Origin: an uncultured Nitriliruptoraceae bacterium
GTDB lineage: Bacteria; Actinomycetota; Nitriliruptoria; Nitriliruptorales; Nitriliruptoraceae
Length of the DNA stretch: 64,000 nucleotides
NCBI GenBank assembly: GCA_913060655.1
Contig: CAJXTG010000006.1
Span: 340 to 64,339 of the forward strand
Direction of reading: 5' to 3'
Shown here: piece after piece, positions 1 to 9,595 of the stretch
Numbering within the stretch: position 1 is the stretch's first letter
Layout of the letters: each line of letters begins with the position of its first letter
The notes under the pieces: generated by a model
Seen by the model: the letters and a program-made list of their open reading frames with translations, nothing else
What the model was told of the DNA's origin: nothing
Databases searched by the model: none
Translations under genes and position numbers: made by a program

Positions 1-1175
1 ACCCGACGGCTCGCTCGCTGCACGCCGGCAACCTCGTCGGCATGATGGCGATGGCCTGGCTGCAGCGGGCCGGCCACCGGCCGATCGCGCTCGCCGGCGG
101 CGGCACCGGCCGCATCGGTGACCCGTCGGGCCGCGACACCGAACGGACGCTGCTCGGCGAGGACGAGCTGGCCGCGAACCTCGCCGGCATCCGCCGGCAG
201 CTCGACGCGTTCCTCGACCTCGACGACGTCGAGGGCGGCGAGCGCGGCTTCCTCGTGGACAACCACACGTGGCTCGCCGACCTCGACCTGCTCGGCTTCC
301 TCCGTGACGTCGGCGTGCACGCGCCCGTCACCGCGATGCTCGGCCGCGAGTCGGTGAAGCGGCGGCTCGAGGGACGCGAGCAGGGCATCACCTACACCGA
401 GTTCACCTACCAGCTGCTGCAGGCGTACGACTTCGTGCACCTGCACCGCACGCACGGCTGCGTGCTGCAGGGCGGCGGGTCGGACCAGTGGGGCAACATC
501 ACCGCCGGCATCGACCTCGCCCGGCGTCTCGACGGCGTGCAGCTGCACGGCGTCGTCTGGCCGCTGCTCACCACCGCCGACGGCGCGAAGTTCGGCAAGT
601 CCGCCGGCAACGCCGTGTGGCTCGACGCGGGCATGACCAGCCCGTACGCGTACTACCAGTACTGGTTCAACGCGGCCGACGACGACGTCGAACGGTTCCT
701 CCGCCTGTTCACGTTCCTGCCGCTCGCCGACGTCGCCGACGTCGCCGCACAGCATGCGGCCGACCCGTCGGCGCGGCACGGGCAGCGGACCCTCGCCCGC
801 GAGGCGACCCGCATCCTCCACGGCGACGACGGGGTCGCCGCCGCCGAGCGGGCCACCGAGGTGCTGTTCGGCGACGCGCCGTACGGGACCCTCGGTGATG
901 ACGTGCTCGCCGACGCGTTCGGCGAGGCCCCCAGCGTCGAGGTGCCGCGCGCACGGCTCGACGACGGCATCGGCCTGCTCGAGCTCATGACCACCGTCGG
1001 TGCGAGCGCCTCCAACGGGGAGGCCCGCCGGCTCGTCCAGCAGGGGGCGGTGCGCATCAACAACGCGGCCGTCGACGACCCCGCCCGCGTCGTCACGCCC
1101 GCCGACCTCGCCGGCGAGACGATCGTCGTGCTGCGGGCCGGCCGCCGCCGCCAGTTCCTCGCCCGGTTCGTCTGA
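1..1175 (+). CDS. tyrS: tyrosine--tRNA ligase, 5' end outside window
   Basis: The ORF track frame 42..1175 stays open to the window edge. It shows the KMSKS-type loop KFGKS, GDPSGR and QGGGSDQWGNI motifs, and a C-terminal S4-like RRLVQQGAVRINN. Confidence 0.93.
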   Translation, partial: PTARSLHAGNLVGMMAMAWLQRAGHRPIALAGGGTGRIGDPSGRDTERTLLGEDELAANLAGIRRQLDAFLDLDDVEGGERGFLVDNHTWLADLDLLGFLRDVGVHAPVTAMLGRESVKRRLEGREQGITYTEFTYQLLQAYDFVHLHRTHGCVLQGGGSDQWGNITAGIDLARRLDGVQLHGVVWPLLTTADGAKFGKSAGNAVWLDAGMTSPYAYYQYWFNAADDDVERFLRLFTFLPLADVADVAAQHAADPSARHGQRTLAREATRILHGDDGVAAAERATEVLFGDAPYGTLGDDVLADAFGEAPSVEVPRARLDDGIGLLELMTTVGASASNGEARRLVQQGAVRINNAAVDDPARVVTPADLAGETIVVLRAGRRRQFLARFV

Positions 1176-1184
1176 CCCCGCCCG

Positions 1185-1211
1185 CCCGGGCCGGACCCTG
1201 CCGGGCCCGGG
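1185..1211 (+). terminator. candidate intrinsic terminator hairpin after tyrS
   Basis: A 10-bp GC stem (cccgggccgg ... ccgggcccggg) with a 6-nt loop starts 10 nt after the tyrS stop. There is no U-tract, so this is only a candidate. Confidence 0.35.
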
Positions 1212-1400
1212 TCCTCACGGGTGCGGGACCCTCGGCGCCGCGGTCGGGGTCCGGAGTCCCTCGCCCGACGGTGCGCCGGCTGCTCGGCTGGGCCCACGCG
1301 CGGGCACGGCGGCGCGGCCGGACGACGGGACCGTCACGTCCGGCCGCGACCGGGGGGCCACGGCCCCGTCACCCGCGGAGCGCCCGACGAGGAGCCCACG

Positions 1401-4082
1401 ATGCCGACCACCACTGGAGATGCCACCGCCGGAGATGCCACCGCGACCGCCGAGCCGGCCGCCGACCGCTGGGTGCTGCCGTTCGCCGACGGTGACGCGT
1501 CGCAGCGGACGCTGCTCGGCGGGAAGGGGGCGAACCTCGCGGAGATGGCCCGCATCGGCCTCCCCGTCCCGCCGGGCTTCATCGTCACCACCGAGGCGTG
1601 CCGGGCGTTCCGCCACGCCGGCGAGGTGCCCGACGGGCTCGTCGCCCAGGTCGACGCGGCGCTCGCCGACCTCGAGGCGGCCACCGGCCGGCGGCTCGGC
1701 GACCCGGAACGGCCGCTGCTGCTGTCGGTCCGCTCCGGCGCCCCGTTCTCCATGCCGGGGATGATGGACACCGTCCTCGACCTCGGTGCGACCGACGCGA
1801 CCATCCCCGGCCTCGTCGCCATGGGCGACGAGCGCTTCGCGTGGGACGCGACCCGCCGCTTCACCGAGCTGTTCGGCCGCGTCGTGCTCGGCGTCGAGGC
1901 CCCCGTGTTCGACACCGTCCTCACCGAGGCGATCGCCGCGGCCGGCGTGCGTGACGAGCGCGACCTGAGTGGCGAGCAGCTCGCCGACGTCGTCGCCCGC
2001 CAGCGGGCCGCGGTCGAGGCGCGCGGCATCACGTTCCCCACCGACCCCCGCGAGCAGCTGCACCTCGCCGTCGTCGCCGTGTTCCGCTCGTGGGACGGCG
2101 CGCGGGCGCAGGCCTACCGGCGTGTCGAGGGCATCGACGACGACCTCGGCACCGCCGTGAACGTGCAGACGATGGTGTTCGGCAACCTCGACGACCGCTC
2201 CGCCACCGGCGTCGCGTTCACCCGCGACCCGGCGACCGGCGAACGCACCGCCTACGGCGACTTCCTCGTCGGCGCGCAGGGCGAGGACGTCGTCGCCGGC
2301 ACCCGGCACCCCGAACCGCTCGCCGCGCTCGCCGACCACTTCCCCGACCTGCACGCCGAGCTGCTCGGCCACCTCGACACGCTCGAGCAGCACTACCGCG
2401 ACCTGTGCGACATCGAGTTCACCATCGAGGCGGGCACGCTGTGGATGCTGCAGACCCGCGTGGGGAAGCGCTCCGCCGCCGCCGCGCTGCGCACGGCCGT
2501 CGAGATGGTCGACGAGGGGCTCATCACCCCCGACGACGCGCTCGCCCGCGTCACCCCCACCCAGCTCGAGCAGCTGCTGCACCCGCGGTTCGGCCCCGAC
2601 GCGCCCGACGCGCTCACCACCGGGCTGGCCGCGTCCCCCGGTGCGGCCGTCGGCCGGGTCGTGCTCACCGCCGAGGAGGCCGTCGAGGTCGCCCGCGACG
2701 GCACGCCCGTCGTGCTGGTGCGCGAGGAGACGTCGCCCGACGACCTCGAGGGGATGGTCGCCGCGAAGGGGCTGCTGACGTCCCGCGGCGGGCTCGTCAG
2801 CCACGCCGCCGTCGTCGCCCGCGGGCTCGGCATCCCCGCCGTGTGCGGCGCGTCCGCGCTGACCATCGACCAGCCGGCCCGCACCATCACCGTCGACGGC
2901 ACCGTCATCCGCGCCGGCGACGTCGTCTCCATCGACGGGACCTCCGGCGCGGTCGTCGCCGGCGAGGTCACCCTCGAGGTGCCCGACGACGACCCGCGGG
3001 TCGACCGGCTGCTCACCTGGGCGGACGAACGGCGCACCCTGCGGGTGTACGCGAACGCCGACACGCCCGACGACGCCCGCCGGGCGCTCGCCGCCGGCGC
3101 GCAGGGCATCGGCCTGTGCCGCACCGAGCACCAGTTCCTCGGCGACCGGCTGCCGCTCGTGCAGCAGGTCATCCTCGCGGCGACCCCGGAGGAGGAGGCC
3201 GCGGCGCTCGCCCCGCTCGAGGCGCAGCAGCGGGCCGACTTCGAGGAGCTGCTGGAGGTCATGGACGGGCGCACCGTCGTCGTCCGGCTGCTCGACCCGC
3301 CGCTGCACGAGTTCCTCCCCGACGTCGAGGAGCTGCGCATCAAGGAGGCGCTCGGGACGCTCACCGAGGCGGACGTGCCGCTGCTCGCCGCCGCTGCGAA
3401 GCTGCGTGAGCACGACCCGATGCTCGGCATCCGCGGCACCCGGCTGGGGGTGCTGCGCCCGCTGCTGTACGAGGCGCAGGTGCGGGCGCTGCTCGGCGCC
3501 GCCGCCGCGCTGCGGCAGCGCGGGCTCGACCCGCGCGTCGAGATCATGGTGCCGCTCATCGCCACCCGCGGCGAGGTCGAGTGGGCGATGACGCTGATCG
3601 GCCGGGTCGCCGACGAGTTCGCGGCCGCGCACGGCGGACCCGTGCCGCACACGACCGCGACGATGATCGAGACGCCGCGGGCGGCGCTGCGGGCCGCCGC
3701 GATCGCCCCGCAGGTCGACGCGTTCTCGTTCGGCACCAACGACCTGTCGCAGCTGACGTTCGGGTTCTCCCGCGACGACGTGTCCGCGAACTACATCCCC
3801 GCGGCGCTCGCCGGCGGCATGCTCGAGCACGACCCGTTCCGCACCCTCGACGTCAACGGGGTCGCCCGGCTCATCGAGCTCGCCGTCACCGAGGGCCGCG
3901 CCGCCAACCCCGACCTCGTCACCGGCATCTGCGGGGAGCACGGCGGCGACCCCGAGTCGATCGCGATCTGCCACCGGCTCGGCCTGACCCACGTGTCCTG
4001 CTCCGCGTCACGCCTCGAGGTCGCCCGGCTCGCGGCCGCCCGCGCCGCCCTCGGCATCGGCGGACCCTCCACGACCGCCTGA
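1401..4082 (+). CDS. ppdK: pyruvate, phosphate dikinase
   Basis: Motifs seen are LLGGKGANLAEM (ATP-grasp), the swivel phospho-His region GGLVSHAAVVARG, and C-terminal CGEHGGDP. The start is set to ATG 1401 with GAGGAG upstream, because the ORF-track start at 1221 lies in low-GC3 sequence. Confidence 0.95.
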   Translation: MPTTTGDATAGDATATAEPAADRWVLPFADGDASQRTLLGGKGANLAEMARIGLPVPPGFIVTTEACRAFRHAGEVPDGLVAQVDAALADLEAATGRRLGDPERPLLLSVRSGAPFSMPGMMDTVLDLGATDATIPGLVAMGDERFAWDATRRFTELFGRVVLGVEAPVFDTVLTEAIAAAGVRDERDLSGEQLADVVARQRAAVEARGITFPTDPREQLHLAVVAVFRSWDGARAQAYRRVEGIDDDLGTAVNVQTMVFGNLDDRSATGVAFTRDPATGERTAYGDFLVGAQGEDVVAGTRHPEPLAALADHFPDLHAELLGHLDTLEQHYRDLCDIEFTIEAGTLWMLQTRVGKRSAAAALRTAVEMVDEGLITPDDALARVTPTQLEQLLHPRFGPDAPDALTTGLAASPGAAVGRVVLTAEEAVEVARDGTPVVLVREETSPDDLEGMVAAKGLLTSRGGLVSHAAVVARGLGIPAVCGASALTIDQPARTITVDGTVIRAGDVVSIDGTSGAVVAGEVTLEVPDDDPRVDRLLTWADERRTLRVYANADTPDDARRALAAGAQGIGLCRTEHQFLGDRLPLVQQVILAATPEEEAAALAPLEAQQRADFEELLEVMDGRTVVVRLLDPPLHEFLPDVEELRIKEALGTLTEADVPLLAAAAKLREHDPMLGIRGTRLGVLRPLLYEAQVRALLGAAAALRQRGLDPRVEIMVPLIATRGEVEWAMTLIGRVADEFAAAHGGPVPHTTATMIETPRAALRAAAIAPQVDAFSFGTNDLSQLTFGFSRDDVSANYIPAALAGGMLEHDPFRTLDVNGVARLIELAVTEGRAANPDLVTGICGEHGGDPESIAICHRLGLTHVSCSASRLEVARLAAARAALGIGGPSTTA

Positions 4083-4114
4083 CGCCCCGGGCGGGTCCGG
4101 GCCGGTTCTCCACA

Positions 4115-4152
4115 GGGGCGGGAGCGGCCGCGCGGCCGTCGGCGCCCGCCCC
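4115..4152 (+). terminator. candidate terminator hairpin after ppdK
   Basis: ggggcggg ... cccgcccc form an 8-bp outer stem with further internal pairing, 33 nt after the ppdK stop. There is no U-tract. Confidence 0.4.
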
Positions 4153-4334
4153 TAGGGTCCGGTTGTGGTCAGGGTCGGGGGTCCGGTACCGTTCCGGCGT
4201 CCCAACCGCCCGGAAGGGCACGGACCCGCGAGGGTCCCGGGACAGCACCCCTGCTCCGGACGCGATGCCGCCGTGCGCTCGTACGGCGGACCGGCCGGGG
4301 CCCCGCCGACAGGCGAGACCGGAGGAGGTGCGGC

Positions 4335-4640
4335 ATGCGCCGCTACGAGATGATGCTGATCGTGTCCGACACCCTCGAGGAGGACGCCGCGCAGGCGGTC
4401 GTCGAGAAGGCCAAGGCGGCCCTCGTCGACCAGGGCGGGACGATCCTCGACGAGGCCTGGTGGGGCAAGCGGGCCTTCGCGTACGAGATCGCCAAGCGCG
4501 ACCACGGCTTCTACGCCGTGCTCGACATGGAGGCGACCAGCGAGGCCGTCGCGGAGGTCGAGCGTCAGCTGAAGATCCTCGACGAGGTCGTCCGCTTCAA
4601 GACCGTCCGCCCGGATGTCCGCATCCGCGCGAACCGCTGA
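4335..4640 (+). CDS. rpsF: 30S ribosomal protein S6
   Basis: The 101-aa product begins MRRYEMMLIV and contains GKRAFAYEI. GGAGGAGG lies 5 nt upstream, and it is the first gene of the conserved rpsF-ssb-rpsR-rplI block. Confidence 0.97.
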   Translation: MRRYEMMLIVSDTLEEDAAQAVVEKAKAALVDQGGTILDEAWWGKRAFAYEIAKRDHGFYAVLDMEATSEAVAEVERQLKILDEVVRFKTVRPDVRIRANR

Positions 4641-4716
4641 GGCGCCGACCGGTCCCGCGCACCCGCCCGGGCGGCCCGACCACGCCACCCACCGCGCCGA
4701 CATCGAGGAGCACCGC

Positions 4717-5172
4717 ATGGCATTCGAGTCGAACTACGTCACGTTCATCGGCAACCTGACCGACGACCCCGAGCTGCGCTACACGCAGGGCGGCACGCCG
4801 GTCACCACCATCCGTCTGGCGTCGAACCGGCGCTGGAACGACCGCGACGGCCAGCAGCAGGAGGAGACGACCTACCTCAACGTCACCTGCTGGCGGGACA
4901 TGGCCGAGAACGTCGCCGAGACGCTGCACAAGGGTGACCGCGCCGTCGCCATCGGCCGCCTGAAGGTCCGCAGCTACGAGAACCGTGAGGGCCAGACGGT
5001 CTGGACGACCGAGATCGAGGCCGACGAGATCGCGCCGAGCCTGCGCTGGGCCCGCGCCAACGTCAACCGCACCAGCGGTGGTGGCGGTGGCGGCGGCTTC
5101 AGCGGCGGTGGTGGTGGGGGCTCGTCGACGCCGCCGGCCGCCCCGCTGCCCCCCGAGGACGTCCCGTTCTGA
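4717..5172 (+). CDS. ssb: single-stranded DNA-binding protein
   Basis: It has an OB-fold N-terminus NYVTFIGNLTDDPELRYT, a Gly-rich linker and the C-terminal tip EDVPF. The start is set to ATG 4717 because the ORF-track start overlaps rpsF. Confidence 0.95.
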   Translation: MAFESNYVTFIGNLTDDPELRYTQGGTPVTTIRLASNRRWNDRDGQQQEETTYLNVTCWRDMAENVAETLHKGDRAVAIGRLKVRSYENREGQTVWTTEIEADEIAPSLRWARANVNRTSGGGGGGGFSGGGGGGSSTPPAAPLPPEDVPF

Positions 5173-5233
5173 TCCCCGACCACCACTCGTCGCCGGCGAC
5201 CCGCCGGCCGTGCGATCCCTGAGGAGCACGCCC

Positions 5234-5485
5234 ATGCCGAGCAAGCCGAAGTCGAAGAAGCCGTCCGACCGCAAGCCGCGGAAGGACAAGCCGTGCCCGA
5301 TCTGCTCACGCGGCATCGAGTACATCGACTACAAGGACCTGGCCCTGCTCAAGCCGTTCCTGAACGAGCGGGCCAAGATCAAGGCACGGCGCACCAGTGG
5401 CGCCTGCGCCGCCTGCCAGAAGCATCTCGCCGCCGCCGTGAAGAACGCGCGGGAGATGGCCCTGATCCCGCACTCGACCCGCTGA
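5234..5485 (+). CDS. rpsR: 30S ribosomal protein S18
   Basis: The S18 core IDYKDLALLKPFLNERAKIKARR is present. ATG 5234 follows GAGGAG, and the protein contains CPIC and CAAC pairs. Confidence 0.95.
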   Translation: MPSKPKSKKPSDRKPRKDKPCPICSRGIEYIDYKDLALLKPFLNERAKIKARRTSGACAACQKHLAAAVKNAREMALIPHSTR

Positions 5486-5496
5486 GGAGTCCGGAC

Positions 5497-6138
5497 ATGA
5501 AGCTGATCCTCACCGACGAGGTCGAGAACCTCGGACTGGCCGGTGACGTCGTCGACGTCGCCGACGGGTACGGGCGCAACTTCCTCCTCCCGCGCGGCCT
5601 CGCCATCATGGCGACGAAGGGCGCGATGAAGGAGGCGGCGGCGCTGACGCGGGCCCGCAAGGCCCGCGAGGCGAAGACGCTGGACGGCGCGCTCGCCGCG
5701 AAGACCGCCCTCGAGGCGCGCACGCTGCGCATCGAGGCCCGTGTCGACGACCGTGGCCGGCTGTACGGCTCGGTCGGCGCGGCCGACGTGCACCGGGTCC
5801 TCAAGGAGCGTGGCCACGACGTCGACCGCCGCAAGGTCGACCTGAAGGGCGGCATCAAGCAGATCGGCACCTACCAGGTGCCCGTCCGCGTCCACCCGCA
5901 GGTCGTCGCGTCCGTCACCGTCGAGATCATCGACTCCGAGGGCGAGGAGCGGGCCGCCGAGGCCGCCCGTGTCGCCGAGGAGCGGGCCATCGCCGACGCC
6001 GCCCTCGCCGCCGCCGCGCAGCTCGACGACGCCGAGACGGCGACCGCCGACGACGCTGCCGCCGACACCGCCCCCGCCGACGTCGACGCCGCACCGGCCG
6101 CCGACGCGGCGGATGCGGACGTCACCGCCGACGCGTAG
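5497..6138 (+). CDS. rplI: 50S ribosomal protein L9 with acidic C-terminal extension
   Basis: The N-terminus MKLILTDEVENLGLAGDVVDVADGYGRNFLLPRGLA is typical L9, and ATG 5497 follows GAGGAG. The last 65 aa or so are Ala/Asp/Glu-rich. Confidence 0.93.
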   Translation: MKLILTDEVENLGLAGDVVDVADGYGRNFLLPRGLAIMATKGAMKEAAALTRARKAREAKTLDGALAAKTALEARTLRIEARVDDRGRLYGSVGAADVHRVLKERGHDVDRRKVDLKGGIKQIGTYQVPVRVHPQVVASVTVEIIDSEGEERAAEAARVAEERAIADAALAAAAQLDDAETATADDAAADTAPADVDAAPAADAADADVTADA

Positions 6139-6200
6139 GGTCGGCGCACGGGCGACGGACGGACCGGCCGGCGGACCGAGGGACAGGGGGTGGACCGGGG

Positions 6201-7724
6201 ATGAGCGACGCACCACCGATCGCGCCACCCCCCGGACTGCCCGACGACCGTGCCGCGGCCGTCAACGGCAACGGTGACGGCTCCGCCCCGCGCGGTCCCG
6301 ACCGGGTGCCGCCGCACTCGCTCGAGGCGGAGGTGTCCGTCCTCGGCTCCTGCCTGATCTCCAAGGACGCGGCGGTCCTCGCGCTCGAGCTGCTCAAGCC
6401 CGACGACTTCTACCGCAACGCCCACCGGGTCGTCTTCGAGGCCGTCCAGGCGCTCGCCGGCGCGAACGAGCCGGTCGACGCGGTCACCGTCACCGAGTGG
6501 CTGTCGCGGCACGGGCGGCTCGACGAGGTCGGCGGTGCCGCGGCGCTGTACGACCTGACCGACCAGGTCCCCACCGCCGCGAACGCCGCCTACTACGCGC
6601 GCATCGTGCGCGACCGGGCGCTGCTGCGCCGGCTCATCGAGGCCGGCGGGCGGGTCACCCAGCTCGGCTACGAGCCGACCGACGACGCGCTGCAGTCCGT
6701 CGACCGCGCCGAGTCGATCGTCTACGAGCTGTCGCAGGCCGGCGGCACCGCCGAGCTGCAGCCGCTCAACACGCTGCTCACCGAGTCGTTCGAGCAGCTC
6801 GAGAAGCTGTCGAAGGAACGCAGCGAGGTCACCGGGCTCGCCACCGGGTTCGACGACCTCGACCGGCTCACCGCCGGGCTGCAGCGGCAGAACCTCGTCA
6901 TCGTCGCCGCCCGACCGTCGATGGGGAAGTCCGGCCTCGCGCTCGGCATCGCCGAGTACGTCGCGATCGACACGCGCAAGCCGGTGCTGCTGTTCAGCCT
7001 CGAGATGTCCAAGACCGAGATCGTCAACCGCATGCTGTCGTCGCAGGCGCGGATCGACTCGGGACGGCTGCGCACCGGCCGGCTCGAGGACGCCCACTGG
7101 CGGGCGCTCGGCGAGGCGCTCGGACGGATGAACGACGCGCCGCTGTACATCGACGACACGCCGTCGATCACGATGCTGGAGATCCGCGCGAAGGCGCGGC
7201 GGCTGAAGCAGCGGGCCGGCCTCGAGCTGATCGTCGTCGACTACCTGCAGCTGATGACGGCGAACCGTCGCACCGACAACCGGGTGCAGGAGGTCGCCGA
7301 GTTCTCCCGCGGGCTGAAGATGCTCGCGAAGGAGCTCGACGTGCCCGTCGTCGCCCTGTCCCAGCTGTCCCGCCAGCCGGAGGCCCGCACCGACAAGCGG
7401 CCGATGCTGTCCGACCTGCGCGAGTCCGGGTCGATCGAGCAGGACGCCGACATCGTCGGGTTCATCTACCGCGACGAGGTGTACGACGCCGACTCGCCCG
7501 ACAAGGGCACCGCCGAGCTGATCATCGCCAAGCACCGCAACGGCGCCGTCGGCAAGGTCCAGCTCGCGTTCCTGTCGCACTACGCGAAGTTCGCGAACCT
7601 CTCACGCCGACCCGTCGGCGCCGGCGGCCCCCCGGTCGCGCCCCCACCGGACCCCGGCGCCGGGGCCGGGCTGGGACCCGGGCCGGGACCAGGGGCGGGA
7701 CCAGGGGCGCACAGCCCCGTCTGA
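6201..7724 (+). CDS. dnaB: replicative DNA helicase DnaB
   Basis: Motifs seen are PPHSLEAEVSVLGSCL, Walker A ARPSMGKSGLAL, Walker B IVVDYLQLM and AKHRNG. The 507-aa length rules out an intein, and the C-terminal tail is Pro/Gly-rich. Confidence 0.95.
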   Translation: MSDAPPIAPPPGLPDDRAAAVNGNGDGSAPRGPDRVPPHSLEAEVSVLGSCLISKDAAVLALELLKPDDFYRNAHRVVFEAVQALAGANEPVDAVTVTEWLSRHGRLDEVGGAAALYDLTDQVPTAANAAYYARIVRDRALLRRLIEAGGRVTQLGYEPTDDALQSVDRAESIVYELSQAGGTAELQPLNTLLTESFEQLEKLSKERSEVTGLATGFDDLDRLTAGLQRQNLVIVAARPSMGKSGLALGIAEYVAIDTRKPVLLFSLEMSKTEIVNRMLSSQARIDSGRLRTGRLEDAHWRALGEALGRMNDAPLYIDDTPSITMLEIRAKARRLKQRAGLELIVVDYLQLMTANRRTDNRVQEVAEFSRGLKMLAKELDVPVVALSQLSRQPEARTDKRPMLSDLRESGSIEQDADIVGFIYRDEVYDADSPDKGTAELIIAKHRNGAVGKVQLAFLSHYAKFANLSRRPVGAGGPPVAPPPDPGAGAGLGPGPGPGAGPGAHSPV

Positions 7725-7805
7725 GCGGCCGGCGCTCCGCTACGGTGCCCCGACGGCCGGTGCGGCCCGGGCCGACCCGGACGCCGACCGACACGAGGGG
7801 CGGCC

Positions 7806-8357
7806 ATGGCGACCTGGCACACCGGACGGCTCCTCGTCGCCATGCCCGTCCTCGAGGACCCCACGTTCGCACGGGCCGTCGTGCTGCTCATCGACCATGA
7901 CGAGGACGGTGCGCTCGGCGTCGTGCTCAACCGTGCGTCGGAGGTGCCCGTCACCGAGGCGACCGACCGGCTCCTCGACCTCGTCCCCGCCCCCGACGTG
8001 CTGTTCGGCGGCGGCCCGGTCGAACCGGAGGCCGTCGTCGCGATCGGCCGCGCCCACGACGACGCGGTCCGCAGCGAGACGACGTTCGTCGAGGGGCTGC
8101 GGCTCGTCGACCTCGACCAGGACCCCGTCCTCGCCGGCGTCGAGCTGACCCAGGTGCGGCTGTTCGCCGGCTACGCCGGCTGGGCGCCCGGCCAGCTCGA
8201 GCACGAGCTGTGGAACGGCGCGTGGGCGGTCGTCGACAGCGAGCCGTCCGACGTGTTCACCCCCCGGCCGGAGACGCTGTGGCGCGACGTGCTCGCCCGC
8301 CAGTCCGGGCGGCTGCGGCTCCTCGCCGACTACCCCGCGGACGTGCACCTCAACTGA
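7806..8357 (+). CDS. YqgE/AlgH family protein (UPF0301)
   Basis: The N-terminal pattern GRLLVAMPVLEDPTFARAVVLLIDHDEDGALGVVLNR is typical of the family, and GC3 is high. Confidence 0.85.
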   Translation: MATWHTGRLLVAMPVLEDPTFARAVVLLIDHDEDGALGVVLNRASEVPVTEATDRLLDLVPAPDVLFGGGPVEPEAVVAIGRAHDDAVRSETTFVEGLRLVDLDQDPVLAGVELTQVRLFAGYAGWAPGQLEHELWNGAWAVVDSEPSDVFTPRPETLWRDVLARQSGRLRLLADYPADVHLN

Positions 8358-8360
8358 GCG

Positions 8361-8801
8361 TCAGGGGTCGCAGCGCAGCGGCGGCCCGTCGTCCGCCCCG
8401 TGGTAGGTGACGCGGCGCCCCTCGACCTCCAGCGTCAGCAGGTAGCCGTCGGTGAGGACCTGCGGGTACAGCACGCCCTCCTCCGGGCAGCCGAGCGACC
8501 CGTCGGCCCACACGACGTCGAGCGCCCCGGCGACGGCGACCTCCGCCTCCGGCACCCCGTAGTGCGCGGCCGCGTCCGCGATCGCCGCCTCGACCTCGTC
8601 GGCGAGCCCGTCGAGCGACAACAGCGTCGCCTCGACCGCACCCTCCGGCGCCTCGACCTCGGCGACCATCCCGCCCGCGTCCGCGTCACCCTCCGCCGTC
8701 GCGTCACCACCGCAGCCGGCGACGACGAGCGTGGCGACGAGCAGCGCGGCGGCCGACCGGCCCGCGGCCGGCGTGCGTCCCGCTCCGCGGTGCGCGCCCA
8801 T
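8361..8801 (-). CDS. hypothetical lipoprotein
   Basis: It has a signal peptide and the lipobox VVAGC. Its ATG overlaps the stop of the upstream SRPBCC gene (ATGA). I recognise no family. Confidence 0.7.
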   Translation of the reverse strand: MGAHRGAGRTPAAGRSAAALLVATLVVAGCGGDATAEGDADAGGMVAEVEAPEGAVEATLLSLDGLADEVEAAIADAAAHYGVPEAEVAVAGALDVVWADGSLGCPEEGVLYPQVLTDGYLLTLEVEGRRVTYHGADDGPPLRCDP

Positions 8802-9241
8802 CAGGCGAGCCCGCGCAGCGCCGTGCCGAGCCCGGCGACCGCGGCGGCGGCGACCCGGCGGAAGCCGACGGCGAGCAGCGGGTCGAGCAGCGCGAGCGGT
8901 CCGCGCAGCGCGAACGTCGCGTCCCAGGTCACCACCGACCCGCCGGCGTCGTCCGGCCGGACCGTCACCACGTCCTGCCCGCGGAACCAGCTGCCGCGGG
9001 TCGTGAACACGACGCGGGCGTCCGGCGTCAGCTCGGTGATCGTGTAGGTCATCGGCACGATGCGGGAACCGAGCCGCAGGTCGACCTCGACGGCGGTGCC
9101 GAGCCCGACCGGACCGTCCCCGACCCGGCGGGCCGCGGCGATCTGCGGGTCCCAGCCGGCCGTGTTGGTGAAGTCGGCGAGGAACGCGAACGCGACGGCC
9201 GGGGGGACCGGTGCGGGGACGTCCTCGACGATGCGTGCCAT
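8801..9241 (-). CDS. SRPBCC (polyketide cyclase/dehydrase-like) family protein
   Basis: Only the last 146 codons of the 776-aa ORF 8801..11131 are taken (MARIVEDV ... FLADFTNTAGWDP ...). The rest of that ORF is antisense to the acyl-CoA dehydrogenase and thioredoxin genes. Confidence 0.8.
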   Translation of the reverse strand: MARIVEDVPAPVPPAVAFAFLADFTNTAGWDPQIAAARRVGDGPVGLGTAVEVDLRLGSRIVPMTYTITELTPDARVVFTTRGSWFRGQDVVTVRPDDAGGSVVTWDATFALRGPLALLDPLLAVGFRRVAAAAVAGLGTALRGLA

Positions 9242-9244
9242 GCG

Positions 9245-9526
9245 GTGAGCGTACGCTCCCCGCGCCGCGTCGTCGAAGGGTCCGAGGTGGGTGACACGTC
9301 CTGGACGTTCCTGCTCGTCGGCTCGTTCGCCGCGATGGGCGCGGCGATGGCCGTCGGCACCCTCGCCGCCCTGCTCCAGCATCGCCGCACCGGCACGATG
9401 CCCGGTTCCGACGAGCCCGTCGAGCTCAGCCCCGCCCGGCGGCGGAACCTGTGGATCCGTGTCGTCGTCGGCCTCGTCCTCACCGCCGCGGGTATCCGCG
9501 CGCTCGTCCAGGTCGGCATCCTCTGA
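9245..9526 (+). CDS. small two-TM membrane protein (hypothetical)
   Basis: Two hydrophobic segments are present (WTFLLVGSFAAMGAAMAVGTLAALL and LWIRVVVGLVLTAAGIRALV). GTG 9245 lies only 3 nt from the divergent SRPBCC start, so an alternative GTG at 9287 is possible. Confidence 0.4.
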   Translation: MSVRSPRRVVEGSEVGDTSWTFLLVGSFAAMGAAMAVGTLAALLQHRRTGTMPGSDEPVELSPARRRNLWIRVVVGLVLTAAGIRALVQVGIL

Positions 9527-9595
9527 GCCGGCGCGGTTAGCCTCCCCGGCGTCCGGTGGGAGCCGGACGGGGAGTCGGACGGGAACGGGGGCACC

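Noticed and set aside
1215-3992. 925-aa ORF on the minus strand across ppdK.
   Set aside because: It is antisense to a gene with unambiguous PPDK motifs. The product is Arg/Gly/Pro-rich with no motifs, which is the typical stop-codon-free artefact of 72% GC DNA.
6201-7724. Intein in DnaB, which is common in actinobacteria.
   Set aside because: The protein is 507 aa with contiguous helicase motifs. The only extra sequence is a short Pro/Gly tail.
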